Origin: Thermoproteota archaeon
Lineage (GTDB): Archaea; Korarchaeota; Korarchaeia; Korarchaeales; Korarchaeaceae
Length of the DNA stretch: 64,000 bases
Direction: 5' to 3'
Assembly: GCA_026986575.1 (NCBI GenBank)
Contig: JALSOH010000004.1
Location: 192,001 to 256,000, forward strand
This document shows positions 9,614 to 18,878 of the stretch, piece by piece. The notes beneath the pieces were generated by a model. The model searched no databases, was not told where the DNA came from, and worked only from the letters and a program-made list of their open reading frames with translations. A program made the position numbers and the translations under genes. Numbering within the stretch: the stretch's first letter is position 1; each line of letters begins with the position of its first letter.

Positions 9614-10298
9614 AAGTGCGATACTCGTAAAGAACAGGGAGGTTGTCGTTCCTGGGCAGCCCCTAGCTAGGGGGAGGTTCAAGCTAGGTAGGGACGTTTT
9701 CCGGGACGAATCTGGCATCATCAGGGCCAAGAAGCTGGGATTAGCCGATATAAAGGAAGATACTGTGTCAGTAGTTCCGCTTTCCGGCGCTTATATCCCC
9801 AAGGAGGGGGACATAGTCATAGGGATAATCTCTAGGATAAGCGGGTCCACCATAATAGTGGACATAAGATCTCCCTATCAAGGCGTGATCCCCATACCCA
9901 GGGGGAGGGCTACCGAGAGGGTGGATATGAGGAAGTACAACCTGAAGCTGGGCGATGTGATACTGGCGAAGGTCAAGGCGTTTGATGGATCATCATCCCT
10001 CCTCCTCACGATAGACATGGAGGGCTTGGGGAAACTGGAGGGAGGCTACATACTCGAGGTGGAACCTGCCAAAGTGCCTAGGGTCATAGGGAAGAGGCAG
10101 TCCATGCTGACGATCCTCAAGGAGAAGACTAGGAGTGATATAATCGTTGGGAACAACGGTAGGATATGGGTGCGCTCCCCCTCCTTGAGGGAGTTACTTG
10201 CTCTGGAGAAGGCATTAAGGAAAATAGAGACAGAATCTCACGTCTCAGGACTCAGCGATAGAGTATCTTCTTTCTTGACCCAGGAACTCTCTGATTGA
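9606..10298 (+). CDS. rrp4: Exosome RNA-binding subunit Rrp4
   Basis: [31 protein letters not shown]. Confidence 0.95.
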   Translation: MSESAILVKNREVVVPGQPLARGRFKLGRDVFRDESGIIRAKKLGLADIKEDTVSVVPLSGAYIPKEGDIVIGIISRISGSTIIVDIRSPYQGVIPIPRGRATERVDMRKYNLKLGDVILAKVKAFDGSSSLLLTIDMEGLGKLEGGYILEVEPAKVPRVIGKRQSMLTILKEKTRSDIIVGNNGRIWVRSPSLRELLALEKALRKIETESHVSGLSDRVSSFLTQELSD

Positions 10299-10312
10299 GG
10301 AGGTGTAAGGTC

Positions 10313-11068
10313 ATGCCCTTGTATGTCGAGAAGAAGCCCGAGGTCCTGATAACAGAGGATGGTGTGAGGACTGATGGGAGAAAGCCCTATGAAATGAGGC
10401 CTGTTAGAATGACCGTCGGCATATTGGACAAGGCCGACGGATCGGCATTCATTGAGTGGGGCGGTAATAAGATACTGGCTGCAGTTTTCGGTCCGAGAGA
10501 GGTGCATCCCAAGCACCTAGTCCTGCCTGATAAGGCGCTGGTGAGAACCAGATATAACATGGCGCCCTTCTCCACTCCGGAGAGGAAGAGGCCTGGACCG
10601 GACAGGAGAAGTGTGGAACTCTCCAAGGTGATAAGGGAAGCCCTGAAACCAGCCATTTTCGTGGAAAATTACCCAGGATCCGTGATCGACATATTCATAG
10701 AGGTGTTGAGATCCGACGCTGGCACTAGAGTAGCTGGAGTAAACGCCGCATCCCTTGCCCTAGCTAACGCGGGGATAGCGATGAGAGGTCTCGTGGCTGC
10801 CTGCGCGGTGGGCAGGGTGGGGGATTTCGTGGTTTGCGACCCTAATCATGATGAGGACATGTGGGGGGACGCTGACATGCCGATGGCCATGCTCATGGAG
10901 GCAGAGGAGATAACCCTGCTTCAAACCGACGGTCCAATGACGGAGGAGCAGTTCAGGGAGGCGCTCAAGCTGGGAAGGAACTCCATCCGCTTCCTCTATG
11001 AGATGCAGAAGGAGGCCCTGAAGAGGCCCTACCAAGTTGTGGAGAGATCCGTCAGGGGTGTTGTGTGA
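10313..11068 (+). CDS. rrp41: Exosome catalytic subunit Rrp41
   Basis: RTDGRKPYEMRP, ADGSA, DAGTR, EDMWGDADMP; SD GAGGAGGTG. Confidence 0.96.
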   Translation: MPLYVEKKPEVLITEDGVRTDGRKPYEMRPVRMTVGILDKADGSAFIEWGGNKILAAVFGPREVHPKHLVLPDKALVRTRYNMAPFSTPERKRPGPDRRSVELSKVIREALKPAIFVENYPGSVIDIFIEVLRSDAGTRVAGVNAASLALANAGIAMRGLVAACAVGRVGDFVVCDPNHDEDMWGDADMPMAMLMEAEEITLLQTDGPMTEEQFREALKLGRNSIRFLYEMQKEALKRPYQVVERSVRGVV

Positions 11069-11874
11069 TGTTTGAATCCGAGATGCTCACCCACAACCTG
11101 CTCAAGGATTACGTTAAGGATCTGGTATCGAAGGGCCAGAGGATCGATGGTAGGGGGTTCCAAGACTACAGACCAATAGAGGTGAAGGAGGGGACATTTA
11201 CCAAGGCTGAGGGCGAGGCTTGGATAAAACTGGGGAACACTCAAGTACTGGTCGGCGTGAAAGCCGATGTGGGAGAACCCTTCCCCGACACGCCAGACAA
11301 GGGGGTACTAGTGTCCAACACAGAGCTGCTTCCACTGGCTTCACCAACGTTCGAGCCAGGTCCTCCCAATGAGAACGCCATCGAAGTTGCGAGAGTAGTG
11401 GACAGGGCTATAAGGAGCGCTGATGCGGTTGACATGTCCTCCCTCGTGATAGTGGAGGGTAAGCTCGTCTACATGCTCTTCCTTGACATGTATGTCCTGG
11501 ATTACGACGGGAATTTAGAGGACGCCCTGACCATCGCTAGCCTCATAGCTCTCGGAAGGGCCGAGATCCCCAAGGTGGAGATAAAGGACGACGGTGAGAT
11601 AGAGGTCAAAGAGGAAAAGTGGAAGGTGAACCTGAAAGACCTCCCCATAAACTTCACGTTCGTCAAGATAGGGGACCAGCTGCTTTTGGATCCGGTGCTC
11701 GAGGAGGAGCAGGTCTCCGACGCGGCCATAACCTTGGCAATAGACAAGGAGGGCAGGGTCTGCTCGATCCAGAAAAAGCACGGCAAGTTCACCATGGAAG
11801 AGATTTTAAATGCCACCAGCATAGCCCGTAGCAAGTGGCCTGAGATAGCAGAGAGGGTGAGGGAGGCAATCTGA
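11065..11874 (+). CDS. rrp42: Exosome subunit Rrp42
   Basis: RIDGRGFQDYR, PFPDTPDKG, FEPGPP, DYDGN. Confidence 0.96.
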   Translation: MMFESEMLTHNLLKDYVKDLVSKGQRIDGRGFQDYRPIEVKEGTFTKAEGEAWIKLGNTQVLVGVKADVGEPFPDTPDKGVLVSNTELLPLASPTFEPGPPNENAIEVARVVDRAIRSADAVDMSSLVIVEGKLVYMLFLDMYVLDYDGNLEDALTIASLIALGRAEIPKVEIKDDGEIEVKEEKWKVNLKDLPINFTFVKIGDQLLLDPVLEEEQVSDAAITLAIDKEGRVCSIQKKHGKFTMEEILNATSIARSKWPEIAERVREAI

Positions 11875-11875
11875 T

Positions 11876-12124
11876 ATGACCGGCGCGCCTAGAGCCAAGC
11901 TGAGGACCCCCAGATACGGTCTAAAGATCAGGAGGAGGGTTGAACACATCCTCCAGAAGTCCAAGAGAACGTGCAAGTGCCCCTACTGTGGTGCCAATGC
12001 CGTCACGAGGGTCAGACTAGGTGTCTGGGCCTGCAAGAAGTGCGGTAAGGTGTTCACCGGAGGTGCTTGGGAACCCTTCACTGCCGTGGCCAGGAGCGCA
12101 GAATTAGCAAGGGAGAGGGCTTGA
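11876..12124 (+). CDS. rpl37ae: 50S ribosomal protein eL43 (L37Ae)
   Basis: RYG, CPYC, GVWACKKC, TGGAW. Confidence 0.95.
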   Translation: MTGAPRAKLRTPRYGLKIRRRVEHILQKSKRTCKCPYCGANAVTRVRLGVWACKKCGKVFTGGAWEPFTAVARSAELARERA

Positions 12125-12711
12125 TCCTAATAACTACTACGAGAAGGCCCTCTCGCCGTACCCGTTCTTTTGTTCGGGACCTATACCATGTCCTTCCAAA
12201 CGCGATCAGGAGAAATAGGGGAAAGATGTCCTTAGAGGATTTAAATGAACTGGCTCTTCAGTCAGGAGCCGAGAGGGTGCTCGTCGTAGGTACTTCTAGG
12301 GGTAACCCCTCCTTCTTATCCTTTTATGAGCCTCACCCATCAGCAATAAGGCCCATCTCGATAATACACCTGAGAGGGGTTTCCTTAAGGAGGGAGATAA
12401 CTGAGAGAAGAGCCCCTCACTCGAAGGACCTCTGCATCATGTACTCTCGCCCGGATTTAGCACACTTAGCTCAAGTACTCTCCCTTTCCTTCGATGTGGG
12501 AGAGCCCATCCTAGCGCCGCTCGAACAGCTGACTCAAGTGGAAGTATGCGACCTCGCACTTCACCTGTCGCAGGGATCGGGCGACATAATCAACTCATCC
12601 TTCTACAGGACCAGACCACCTTGGGAGGTGGGCCCTAGGATGAGGATGGGGGGGTTCCAGGAGTTTGAAGGTGGAAGTGGATCTGAGAGTGAGAGTAACG
12701 TTCGAGAGTAG
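12121..12711 (+). CDS. Brix-domain ribosome biogenesis protein (Imp4-like)
   Basis: ILITTTRRPSRRTRSFVRDL, NRGKMS, GNP, GPRM; TTG start overlapping the upstream stop. Confidence 0.88.
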   Translation: MILITTTRRPSRRTRSFVRDLYHVLPNAIRRNRGKMSLEDLNELALQSGAERVLVVGTSRGNPSFLSFYEPHPSAIRPISIIHLRGVSLRREITERRAPHSKDLCIMYSRPDLAHLAQVLSLSFDVGEPILAPLEQLTQVEVCDLALHLSQGSGDIINSSFYRTRPPWEVGPRMRMGGFQEFEGGSGSESESNVRE

Positions 12712-12895
12712 CAATGAAGCTTCTCGCTTCTACAGAGCCCTACTCCCAGACTTCTCCGATGTGAAGATAAGTCTAGAGGAGGATTCGGTGGTAATCGACC
12801 TCGCCAGCCTTCCCCCATCCAGAGCCAGAGCTCTAGCTAATAGCCTCTTGAGAACGGTTCAACTCTACCAGAAGATGTTCGAGACCCTTAAGTAA
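12665..12895 (+). CDS. pcc1: KEOPS complex subunit Pcc1
   Basis: ALLPD, RARALANSLLR; synteny. Confidence 0.78.
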   Translation: MKVEVDLRVRVTFESSNEASRFYRALLPDFSDVKISLEEDSVVIDLASLPPSRARALANSLLRTVQLYQKMFETLK

Positions 12896-13586
12896 TCTTG
12901 GGATAGGCTTCAAATGGCTTCTCCATCAGGAGAACCGAGAGCCCATTATACACCAAGTAAAAGAGGGACTCGCCCAAACCTCTCTTCCTAACTCGCCTAG
13001 CTGAGGTATAAACGACCATCTCTGGGACGAATTTTATCTTACCTATCCTAGATGCGGCCATGGAGAGTAAAGCATCCTCAGAGACCGTCACATCCTCCCT
13101 GAATCCGCCCAGCTTCAGTAACACGTCCTTCCTGAAGGCCGAATTGAATCCCATTAGGTGGGGCCGTCCCATGAAGATGGTGAACCTCACCATCAGGTCG
13201 TAGGAGAGAATGTACGCGGCCTTGAGTAGACCTTCTCCATCCTCTAGGGGATAAGCAGGCCCGCCCAAACCGACCACCCCCTCCTCCTCGAATCCCTTAA
13301 TGAGCGCGGCCCTCCACCCTTTAGCCACGACCGTGTCGGCGTCAACGAACGCTACCATGTCTCCAGAGGATAATCTAATCCCAGCATTCCTGGCCTTGGC
13401 AGGTGAATCGTATTCAGTTGAACTTCTCACGATATCCGCATATCTCTCGGCTATTTCAACTGTGCCATCCTCACTCCCTCCGTCGATCACCACTATCTCA
13501 TCGACATCCTCATTCCTCAGGGCTATCAAAGTTCTCTCAATGTAACTGGCTTCTCTGTAAGTCGGGATCACCACAGAAACCTTCAT
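12888..13586 (-). CDS. Glycosyltransferase family 2
   Basis: VSVVIPTY, DGGSEDGT, ARNAG, FVDAD, SED, TSARR. Confidence 0.92.
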   Translation of the reverse strand: MKVSVVIPTYREASYIERTLIALRNEDVDEIVVIDGGSEDGTVEIAERYADIVRSSTEYDSPAKARNAGIRLSSGDMVAFVDADTVVAKGWRAALIKGFEEEGVVGLGGPAYPLEDGEGLLKAAYILSYDLMVRFTIFMGRPHLMGFNSAFRKDVLLKLGGFREDVTVSEDALLSMAASRIGKIKFVPEMVVYTSARRVRKRGLGESLFYLVYNGLSVLLMEKPFEAYPKIT

Positions 13587-14380
13587 AGAACGACACCTGT
13601 GGCGGTGGAGATGAGGGCGACCACGCCAGTAGATATCAGGTTCACTGCGTGGTTGTCCAACCATTTCAATCCTCTGACAGGCCTTGCACTCCCATTACAC
13701 AGAGAAGGGTCCTCAACTATCCTATCCTCTTCAACGCACCTGTACCTGACCTGCAATAGGGCCCCAAGCAGACTATCTATCAGGCTACAGGAGAAACCTA
13801 AAGATACGGCCAAGAGCAGCTGGTTTGGCCCTATCATGGAGAAAGAAAACGCCTCAATGGCTATCAGAAGAGCGCCTATCAGGCTTGCGAGTGTCCCTAA
13901 CGGAGAAATGGCACCTGATGTGCCCGGTGGTACCCTCCTCAAGGTGTGGATCATGATCGGCGGATCCGTGCTTAGCACCCCTATCTCGCTCCCCAGAGTG
14001 TCTGAGAGCGCCCCAGCTAATGAGGACACGAAGGCCAGCATGGCCGGCTCCCAAGAGGTCAATGAGTAGAGTAGGAGCATGGATGTGGGGAAGAGCAGAT
14101 TGGCTGCAACGTTCTTCCATGTCCTAGCGCCGCCCTTAAGCTCCGCAGCACCCAACTCCTCCTTCAAACCGTACTTGTACTTGGTGAATGCCGATCCCAC
14201 CAGAAAGAACGTGATTAACATGAAAGTCGCGGGCAACCCGCCACCTAACACGAACACGATACCCACGAGCAGACCAGCTACGAATCCCGACCTGTCTATG
14301 GATCTATTGAAGTATCCAGCGGATCCTACGGTCAGGACCACTGCAAGGCCGGCTAATGTGCTCACTAGATCGGCGGTCAT
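13583..14380 (-). CDS. DUF92/TMEM19 family membrane protein
   Basis: GARTWKNVAAN, SDTLGSEIG, PPGTSGAIS, DSLLGA, LDNHAVN. Confidence 0.9.
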   Translation of the reverse strand: MTADLVSTLAGLAVVLTVGSAGYFNRSIDRSGFVAGLLVGIVFVLGGGLPATFMLITFFLVGSAFTKYKYGLKEELGAAELKGGARTWKNVAANLLFPTSMLLLYSLTSWEPAMLAFVSSLAGALSDTLGSEIGVLSTDPPIMIHTLRRVPPGTSGAISPLGTLASLIGALLIAIEAFSFSMIGPNQLLLAVSLGFSCSLIDSLLGALLQVRYRCVEEDRIVEDPSLCNGSARPVRGLKWLDNHAVNLISTGVVALISTATGVVL

Positions 14381-14412
14381 CTCCCCAATCCAGCCAAGGG
14401 ATCGGGTAATCG

Positions 14413-14420
14413 TTTAAAAA
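14413..14420 (+). promoter_or_regulatory. TATA box for tRNA-Pro
   Basis: TTTAAAAA ~23-30 nt upstream of the tRNA. Confidence 0.6.
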
Positions 14421-14442
14421 TGAAGGCAGTTACACAGCGATG

Positions 14443-14519
14443 GGGGCCGTGGTCTAGCTAGGTAGGATGCCAGCCTGGGGCGCTGGTGGTCCCGGGTTCA
14501 AATCCCGGCGGCCCCACCA
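14443..14519 (+). tRNA. tRNA-Pro(GGG), CCA encoded
   Basis: Acceptor GGGGCCG/CGGCCCC, anticodon arm CCAGC-CTGGGGC-GCTGG, T loop GTTCAAATC. Confidence 0.97.
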
Positions 14520-14521
14520 GC

Positions 14522-16075
14522 TTAAGAACTTCCCCTCCTTACCGGCACGCCCTCAACCAGTCTATCCGAGAGGACCCTGATGATCTTGACCTCGAGCACC
14601 TTTCCGACCTTGGGCCTTCTACTCACTCTCAACTTGACAACCGGGCCGCCAGCTAGGGGATAGGCGTAGCTCTCCTTTCCTACAGAGGGGGCGATGATTA
14701 CCTTGATTACGGCTCCCAAAAGCTCCCTCTTTCTCATCCTGTTGAGCTCGATCGCCTTTTCCGCTATCATTTTGGATCCACGATCCGAGATCACGTCATA
14801 ACCTTCGAAGGCCGTTCCCGGAAGTGGTCTGAACCTGTAAACCGTTATCTTCTCCGCACCGTACCTGTAGGCCAGCTCCATCGACTTCAGGGTCATCTTG
14901 ACCACCCTATCATTCTGTCCAGGCAGGCTGTGTATGAAGTAGGCGTAGGGCCTGAGTCCCACCTCTCTCAGTTTCCTTATTGCCCCCATCGATTCATCAG
15001 GCCCACAGGGCCTACCCAGTAGGTCCGCATGCTCCGGATCTCCCGTCTCCACCCCTATGTGTACTGGTGTCCCCTTGAGGTATCTCCCCAATACCTCGGC
15101 AACTTTGTCGTTGACCAGGCAGGGTTTCACATTCTCAACCTCGAAGAAAAAGCGGTATTCCCGGGAAAGCTCCTTGATGGCCTTCAGCAACTCCTCTATA
15201 GCGTTCACATTGGGTCCTGGATCGTAGGGATGCGTGAGAGGTCCATTGACCAGCTGTTCCCTACCATACTCTAGGAAGTCGGCGCCACTGAGCACTATCC
15301 TCCTGACCCCCATCTCAGCCAGACCCCTGACCTCCTCTATGATGGAGTCCTTATCCTTGGACTTCGGCGGCCCGTAAAGAGCTGGAATAGAACAGTAGCC
15401 ACAGCCAGGAGGGATGCCCTGAGGACATAATAACCTCTTCCTCAGATCACGCTCATAACAAGCTCTGCAGAGATCGCACATTTCCTTAGAAGCCCCTATC
15501 TTCGGTCTATTGAAGTTAGAGCAGCTCCTCACGACCTCAACGTAGACCCTGCTGCTTCTGTAGTGGGGTACGGTCCTGTAAAACCTGACAGCAGATACGG
15601 AGGGCCGGAACCTCCTGAGATCCTCCGCTGACAAGTTAGAGACACGGGTCAACATCCCGTCCCCAGTTATCAGGTTAGGAATGTCCTCCAAATCTTGAGG
15701 AATCTCGCCCTCAGAGAGGCCTCTCCCCAGGAGGGACTCGAGAGCGACCTCTCCCTCACCCCACACTCCCAAGTGAAAGCCCAATCTAGGTACGACGCTG
15801 GGATCGGAGGTTATCGGCCCACCTATGACCTTAATACCCCCGAATCTGCTCACAGCCCTTCGAACAGCCGGCTCATCCATGCTCATAGCGCTGACCAAGA
15901 GGACATCGAACTCACTTGCCCCCTTCCTAAGGTAGTCCTCCACCCTGTAGATCCTATACTCTAGGTCAAACATCTCCAGTATTCCTGCTATCGCCCTGGG
16001 ACCTGCCCCTATAACGTCTAGGGATGATAATCTCTTTCTTTCACCGGCGGCCAGCGCATCCAATATTAGAAACAT
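14522..16075 (-). CDS. Radical SAM protein: B12-binding-like N-terminal domain, split Cys motif, C-terminal TRAM-like domain
   Basis: LDALAAG, IGGP, YVEVVRSC...GCGYC, IGVETG, RPLPGT, C-terminal beta domain; start moved to ATG 16075. Confidence 0.85.
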   Translation of the reverse strand: MFLILDALAAGERKRLSSLDVIGAGPRAIAGILEMFDLEYRIYRVEDYLRKGASEFDVLLVSAMSMDEPAVRRAVSRFGGIKVIGGPITSDPSVVPRLGFHLGVWGEGEVALESLLGRGLSEGEIPQDLEDIPNLITGDGMLTRVSNLSAEDLRRFRPSVSAVRFYRTVPHYRSSRVYVEVVRSCSNFNRPKIGASKEMCDLCRACYERDLRKRLLCPQGIPPGCGYCSIPALYGPPKSKDKDSIIEEVRGLAEMGVRRIVLSGADFLEYGREQLVNGPLTHPYDPGPNVNAIEELLKAIKELSREYRFFFEVENVKPCLVNDKVAEVLGRYLKGTPVHIGVETGDPEHADLLGRPCGPDESMGAIRKLREVGLRPYAYFIHSLPGQNDRVVKMTLKSMELAYRYGAEKITVYRFRPLPGTAFEGYDVISDRGSKMIAEKAIELNRMRKRELLGAVIKVIIAPSVGKESYAYPLAGGPVVKLRVSRRPKVGKVLEVKIIRVLSDRLVEGVPVRRGSS

Positions 16076-16088
16076 CCAGTAGTAAGAC

Positions 16089-16634
16089 TTGATGTCAGGT
16101 AAATCTTTTCCCTTCTCGGAGTGTGGAACCCTCCTATCAGACTTGGTACTGAGGGAAGAAGCGAGAGAGATGGTAGCAGAAGCGAAAGGGAATCTTATTA
16201 CATCCATCGAGGAGGTACCTGACGCTCCCTTAGTGTCAGTAGGTGACAGAGTCACTTACTTACTGCTAGAGAATGGTAGAAGGCCTGAGGTCGCAATAAT
16301 AGATCTCATGGAGAGGAGGTCTAGGGAAGCGTTTGCTGTGTATCGGCTGAACGGATACCTCATCCTGTCCTCGAGTAACCCCCCGGGTAGAATAAATAGA
16401 GAATCCTGGAACGCTGTTAGGCTCGCTATAGATATGGCGTCCCACGGATTCAGGGTTGTCTTGATCGTGGATGGTGAAGAGGACCTATTGGGCTTCCCTG
16501 TCACTCTGCTGGCACCCTCCGGCTGGTACATGCTCTACGGCCAGCCAGGCATGGGAATGATCTTAGTAGAGATCAACGATAAGGTGAAGAAGGAGGCAGA
16601 GAACCTGCTCATTAGAGCATTTAAACCTCTCTAG
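16089..16634 (+). CDS. DUF359 family GTP-dependent dephospho-CoA kinase
   Basis: VSVGDRVT, NPPGRI, VDGEEDLL, LYGQPG; true start may be TTG 16143. Confidence 0.88.
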   Translation: MMSGKSFPFSECGTLLSDLVLREEAREMVAEAKGNLITSIEEVPDAPLVSVGDRVTYLLLENGRRPEVAIIDLMERRSREAFAVYRLNGYLILSSSNPPGRINRESWNAVRLAIDMASHGFRVVLIVDGEEDLLGFPVTLLAPSGWYMLYGQPGMGMILVEINDKVKKEAENLLIRAFKPL

Positions 16635-18375
16635 GAATTTTATGCCTCCTAATAAGTATGAATGGATGATTCTCATCGAAATCCCTGTATTCTTGACCTG
16701 ATAGAACCGCCTTACCTGTAGCCAACAACTCATCCCTCGAGTTCACAACGAGCACTTCGCTCTTGGGCCTTATCTGGGGATCTGCCCAGTCCACGAACTT
16801 CACGAAGACAGTAGTTCCCCTAGCAACCGTCTCCTCAAACCTCTTCTTCACGCACACCCTTGACCTAGGTGAGGGGAGGAGTTTAATCATCTGCTCCGCC
16901 CCCTGCAGCGTGGGAACGAACATCCCGTCGCTTGGCCTGATGAATCCAAGGGTAATCCCGTCTCTCATCACCTCCCTAGGCATGCCCGTCCTCTTGGACC
17001 TCCTTATTCGGACACCCTCACCGAGCTCTCTCAGGGAAGAGTGGAACTGATAGGAGAGCAAGGATGAGACCAGTTCCTCATCGGAGGGTTCATCCATCAC
17101 GTCCTCCTCATAGGGGAAGACCGTCTGACCGAATGGGTACGCGTACTTCAACCCTAGGGGGACCCTCCCGTAGAGCCTCCTCGTGATGTGCCTCCCAAAC
17201 ACGATGTCCTTGACCCTATCCCGGGCTCTGACCACTTCGGGCCTGAAAAATGTCTCTGGACCCGAGTACAATAGACCTGATGATTTGGAGAAGGGCTCTC
17301 TGATTTCAAGAAGATCTTTCCAATTCTTTAAAACGTATTCGAGCGCCATATACAGCTTGGGGTGGAACCTAGCTCTCTCCTGCACGAGCTCCCACAGCCA
17401 CTCGCCCCTTATGGCCTCCCTCACCTTCCTGATTTCGGCAATCGACACGTATAGGTTGTGTTTCGCTATTAATCGAACCCTCTCCTCTCTAGGAAGCTCT
17501 CTAACCTCCTTTGGGGTATATCTCGTGCATACCGGACATGAACACGGGAACTCGTCGATATCATCCAGCTGAAGAGTTCCGTGAGGGGTCATGTACCTTC
17601 CTTGCTCAGCGTACAACACGTACGCTGCCGAATCGAAGGAATCCGCACCTAGGGCTGCGAAGAAAGCAAAGGTGGAAGGGTGGCCTATCCCCCAGAAGTG
17701 GAAGGGCTTTCCTGACTTGAGGATGGACCTCACGAGCAGAAAGTGCTTGGCTTGTAGGGTGAAATCATATCTCTCTAGAGCAATCTTGAGGGAGCCCACC
17801 CCGTTATATTCGAAATCTAATTCCCTTATTCGTCTGGAGCTGTACTCCACTAGATCGGTGTGGATAGATCCCTGAGGTGTTCCCACCCACAGAGTTCCCT
17901 TCAAATTTTCCCTCAGCTCTGACCACTCCTTCGCGTTCTCCAATGTCCTCATGACTCCTTTTTCCGCCTCTCTCCTGCTGATCTCCGATGACATTGGGAC
18001 GTCCAGTATGGACCCGATGTCCGATCCTATGGCGTGCTGGAACTCCAGTATCTCCCTGTTGGATATCCCGACATCCCCATACCTGTAAATCTGGTAAGCG
18101 CCGGAGTCGGTCATCACGATCCCATCAAATCCCAAGAAGGAGTGGATTCCCCGCTCTAGAGCCCTATCCCTCAATTCTCCTGACTTGTATATTATGTAGG
18201 AATTCGTTATCAGGGACCTAATCCCCATCTCCTTCATTTCCTTGGGAGTTACCACGGGCTTGTTTGGGTTATATACCGGAAAGAACTCCGGCAGAGTAAG
18301 CGTACCGCTCTTGGTCTTGAGGTCAGATAGCCTAGCTGAGGCGTCGCTCTTCCTGACCCTGAAGATCAGATCCAT
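16621..18375 (-). CDS. tgtA: Archaeosine tRNA-guanine(15) transglycosylase with PUA domain
   Basis: TDSGAYQ, LDVP, DSFDSAAY, CSCPVC...HN Zn site, C-terminal PUA. Confidence 0.95.
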   Translation of the reverse strand: MDLIFRVRKSDASARLSDLKTKSGTLTLPEFFPVYNPNKPVVTPKEMKEMGIRSLITNSYIIYKSGELRDRALERGIHSFLGFDGIVMTDSGAYQIYRYGDVGISNREILEFQHAIGSDIGSILDVPMSSEISRREAEKGVMRTLENAKEWSELRENLKGTLWVGTPQGSIHTDLVEYSSRRIRELDFEYNGVGSLKIALERYDFTLQAKHFLLVRSILKSGKPFHFWGIGHPSTFAFFAALGADSFDSAAYVLYAEQGRYMTPHGTLQLDDIDEFPCSCPVCTRYTPKEVRELPREERVRLIAKHNLYVSIAEIRKVREAIRGEWLWELVQERARFHPKLYMALEYVLKNWKDLLEIREPFSKSSGLLYSGPETFFRPEVVRARDRVKDIVFGRHITRRLYGRVPLGLKYAYPFGQTVFPYEEDVMDEPSDEELVSSLLSYQFHSSLRELGEGVRIRRSKRTGMPREVMRDGITLGFIRPSDGMFVPTLQGAEQMIKLLPSPRSRVCVKKRFEETVARGTTVFVKFVDWADPQIRPKSEVLVVNSRDELLATGKAVLSGQEYRDFDENHPFILIRRHKIPREV

Positions 18376-18431
18376 GAGGAGAGCCCTAAACCCCTTCTCA
18401 CACCAAAATAATAAAAAGGAAGGCTGATGGT

Positions 18432-18674
18432 TCAGGAGATACCATTTCCCTCGCTTTTCAGTAGGTTAAGCCCCTTAGGAGTTATGAAGACTCGCTCCCC
18501 CCTGAACCTCCTCCTCCTCGTAATAAGGCCCTTGTTGGCGAGGTACTTCAGGACAAACTCCCTAGCTACCCTGTCGGGAATAAGTTCAGATGCAACGATA
18601 CCGTCATTTCCCGCTTTCTCTAGTTTACGTAGGATCCTTAAATGCGCATCCATTAGAACCCTCAATTTATTCAC
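18432..18674 (-). CDS. Small basic winged-helix DNA-binding protein (hypothetical)
   Basis: HLRILRKL...LKYLANKGLI...VFITPKG wHTH pattern; own TATA box; start may be TTG 18665. Confidence 0.7.
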   Translation of the reverse strand: MNKLRVLMDAHLRILRKLEKAGNDGIVASELIPDRVAREFVLKYLANKGLITRRRRFRGERVFITPKGLNLLKSEGNGIS

Positions 18675-18678
18675 CTTT

Positions 18679-18778
18679 CGCCGTCATCCGGCATCAGCCG
18701 GAGGGATGACGACGTGGGAGGGCCTGGCCCCCCCCAACTAACACTTAGGTAACATTTCTGTCTATAAAACTTTACCTA
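18679..18778 (-). promoter_or_regulatory. Two-hairpin 5' leader, plus a TATA box flanked by a 7-bp inverted repeat
   Basis: Stems at 18679-18714 and ~18716-18735; TAGGTAA/TTACCTA at 18746/18772 around TTTTATAG. Confidence 0.55.
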
Positions 18779-18878
18779 TCTGCCTTGCCGTTCCACCACT
18801 ATTTACGTCGATTGGTTAAGCGAGATCCCTACGTGAAAACGCTGAAATAGGGTCGGGGTTAGAAGTTCAGGTGCCACT

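Noticed and set aside
14443-14519. tRNA genes as possible integration (att) sites
   Set aside because: No integrase, no duplicated tRNA 3' end and no foreign-looking gene block next to any of the four tRNAs
18676-18697. Hammerhead-like CUGAU-GCCG...CGGC-GAAA on the minus strand
   Set aside because: Lacks the essential G8-A9 of CUGANGA, and no convincing stems I and III; also does not fit the fluoride riboswitch consensus
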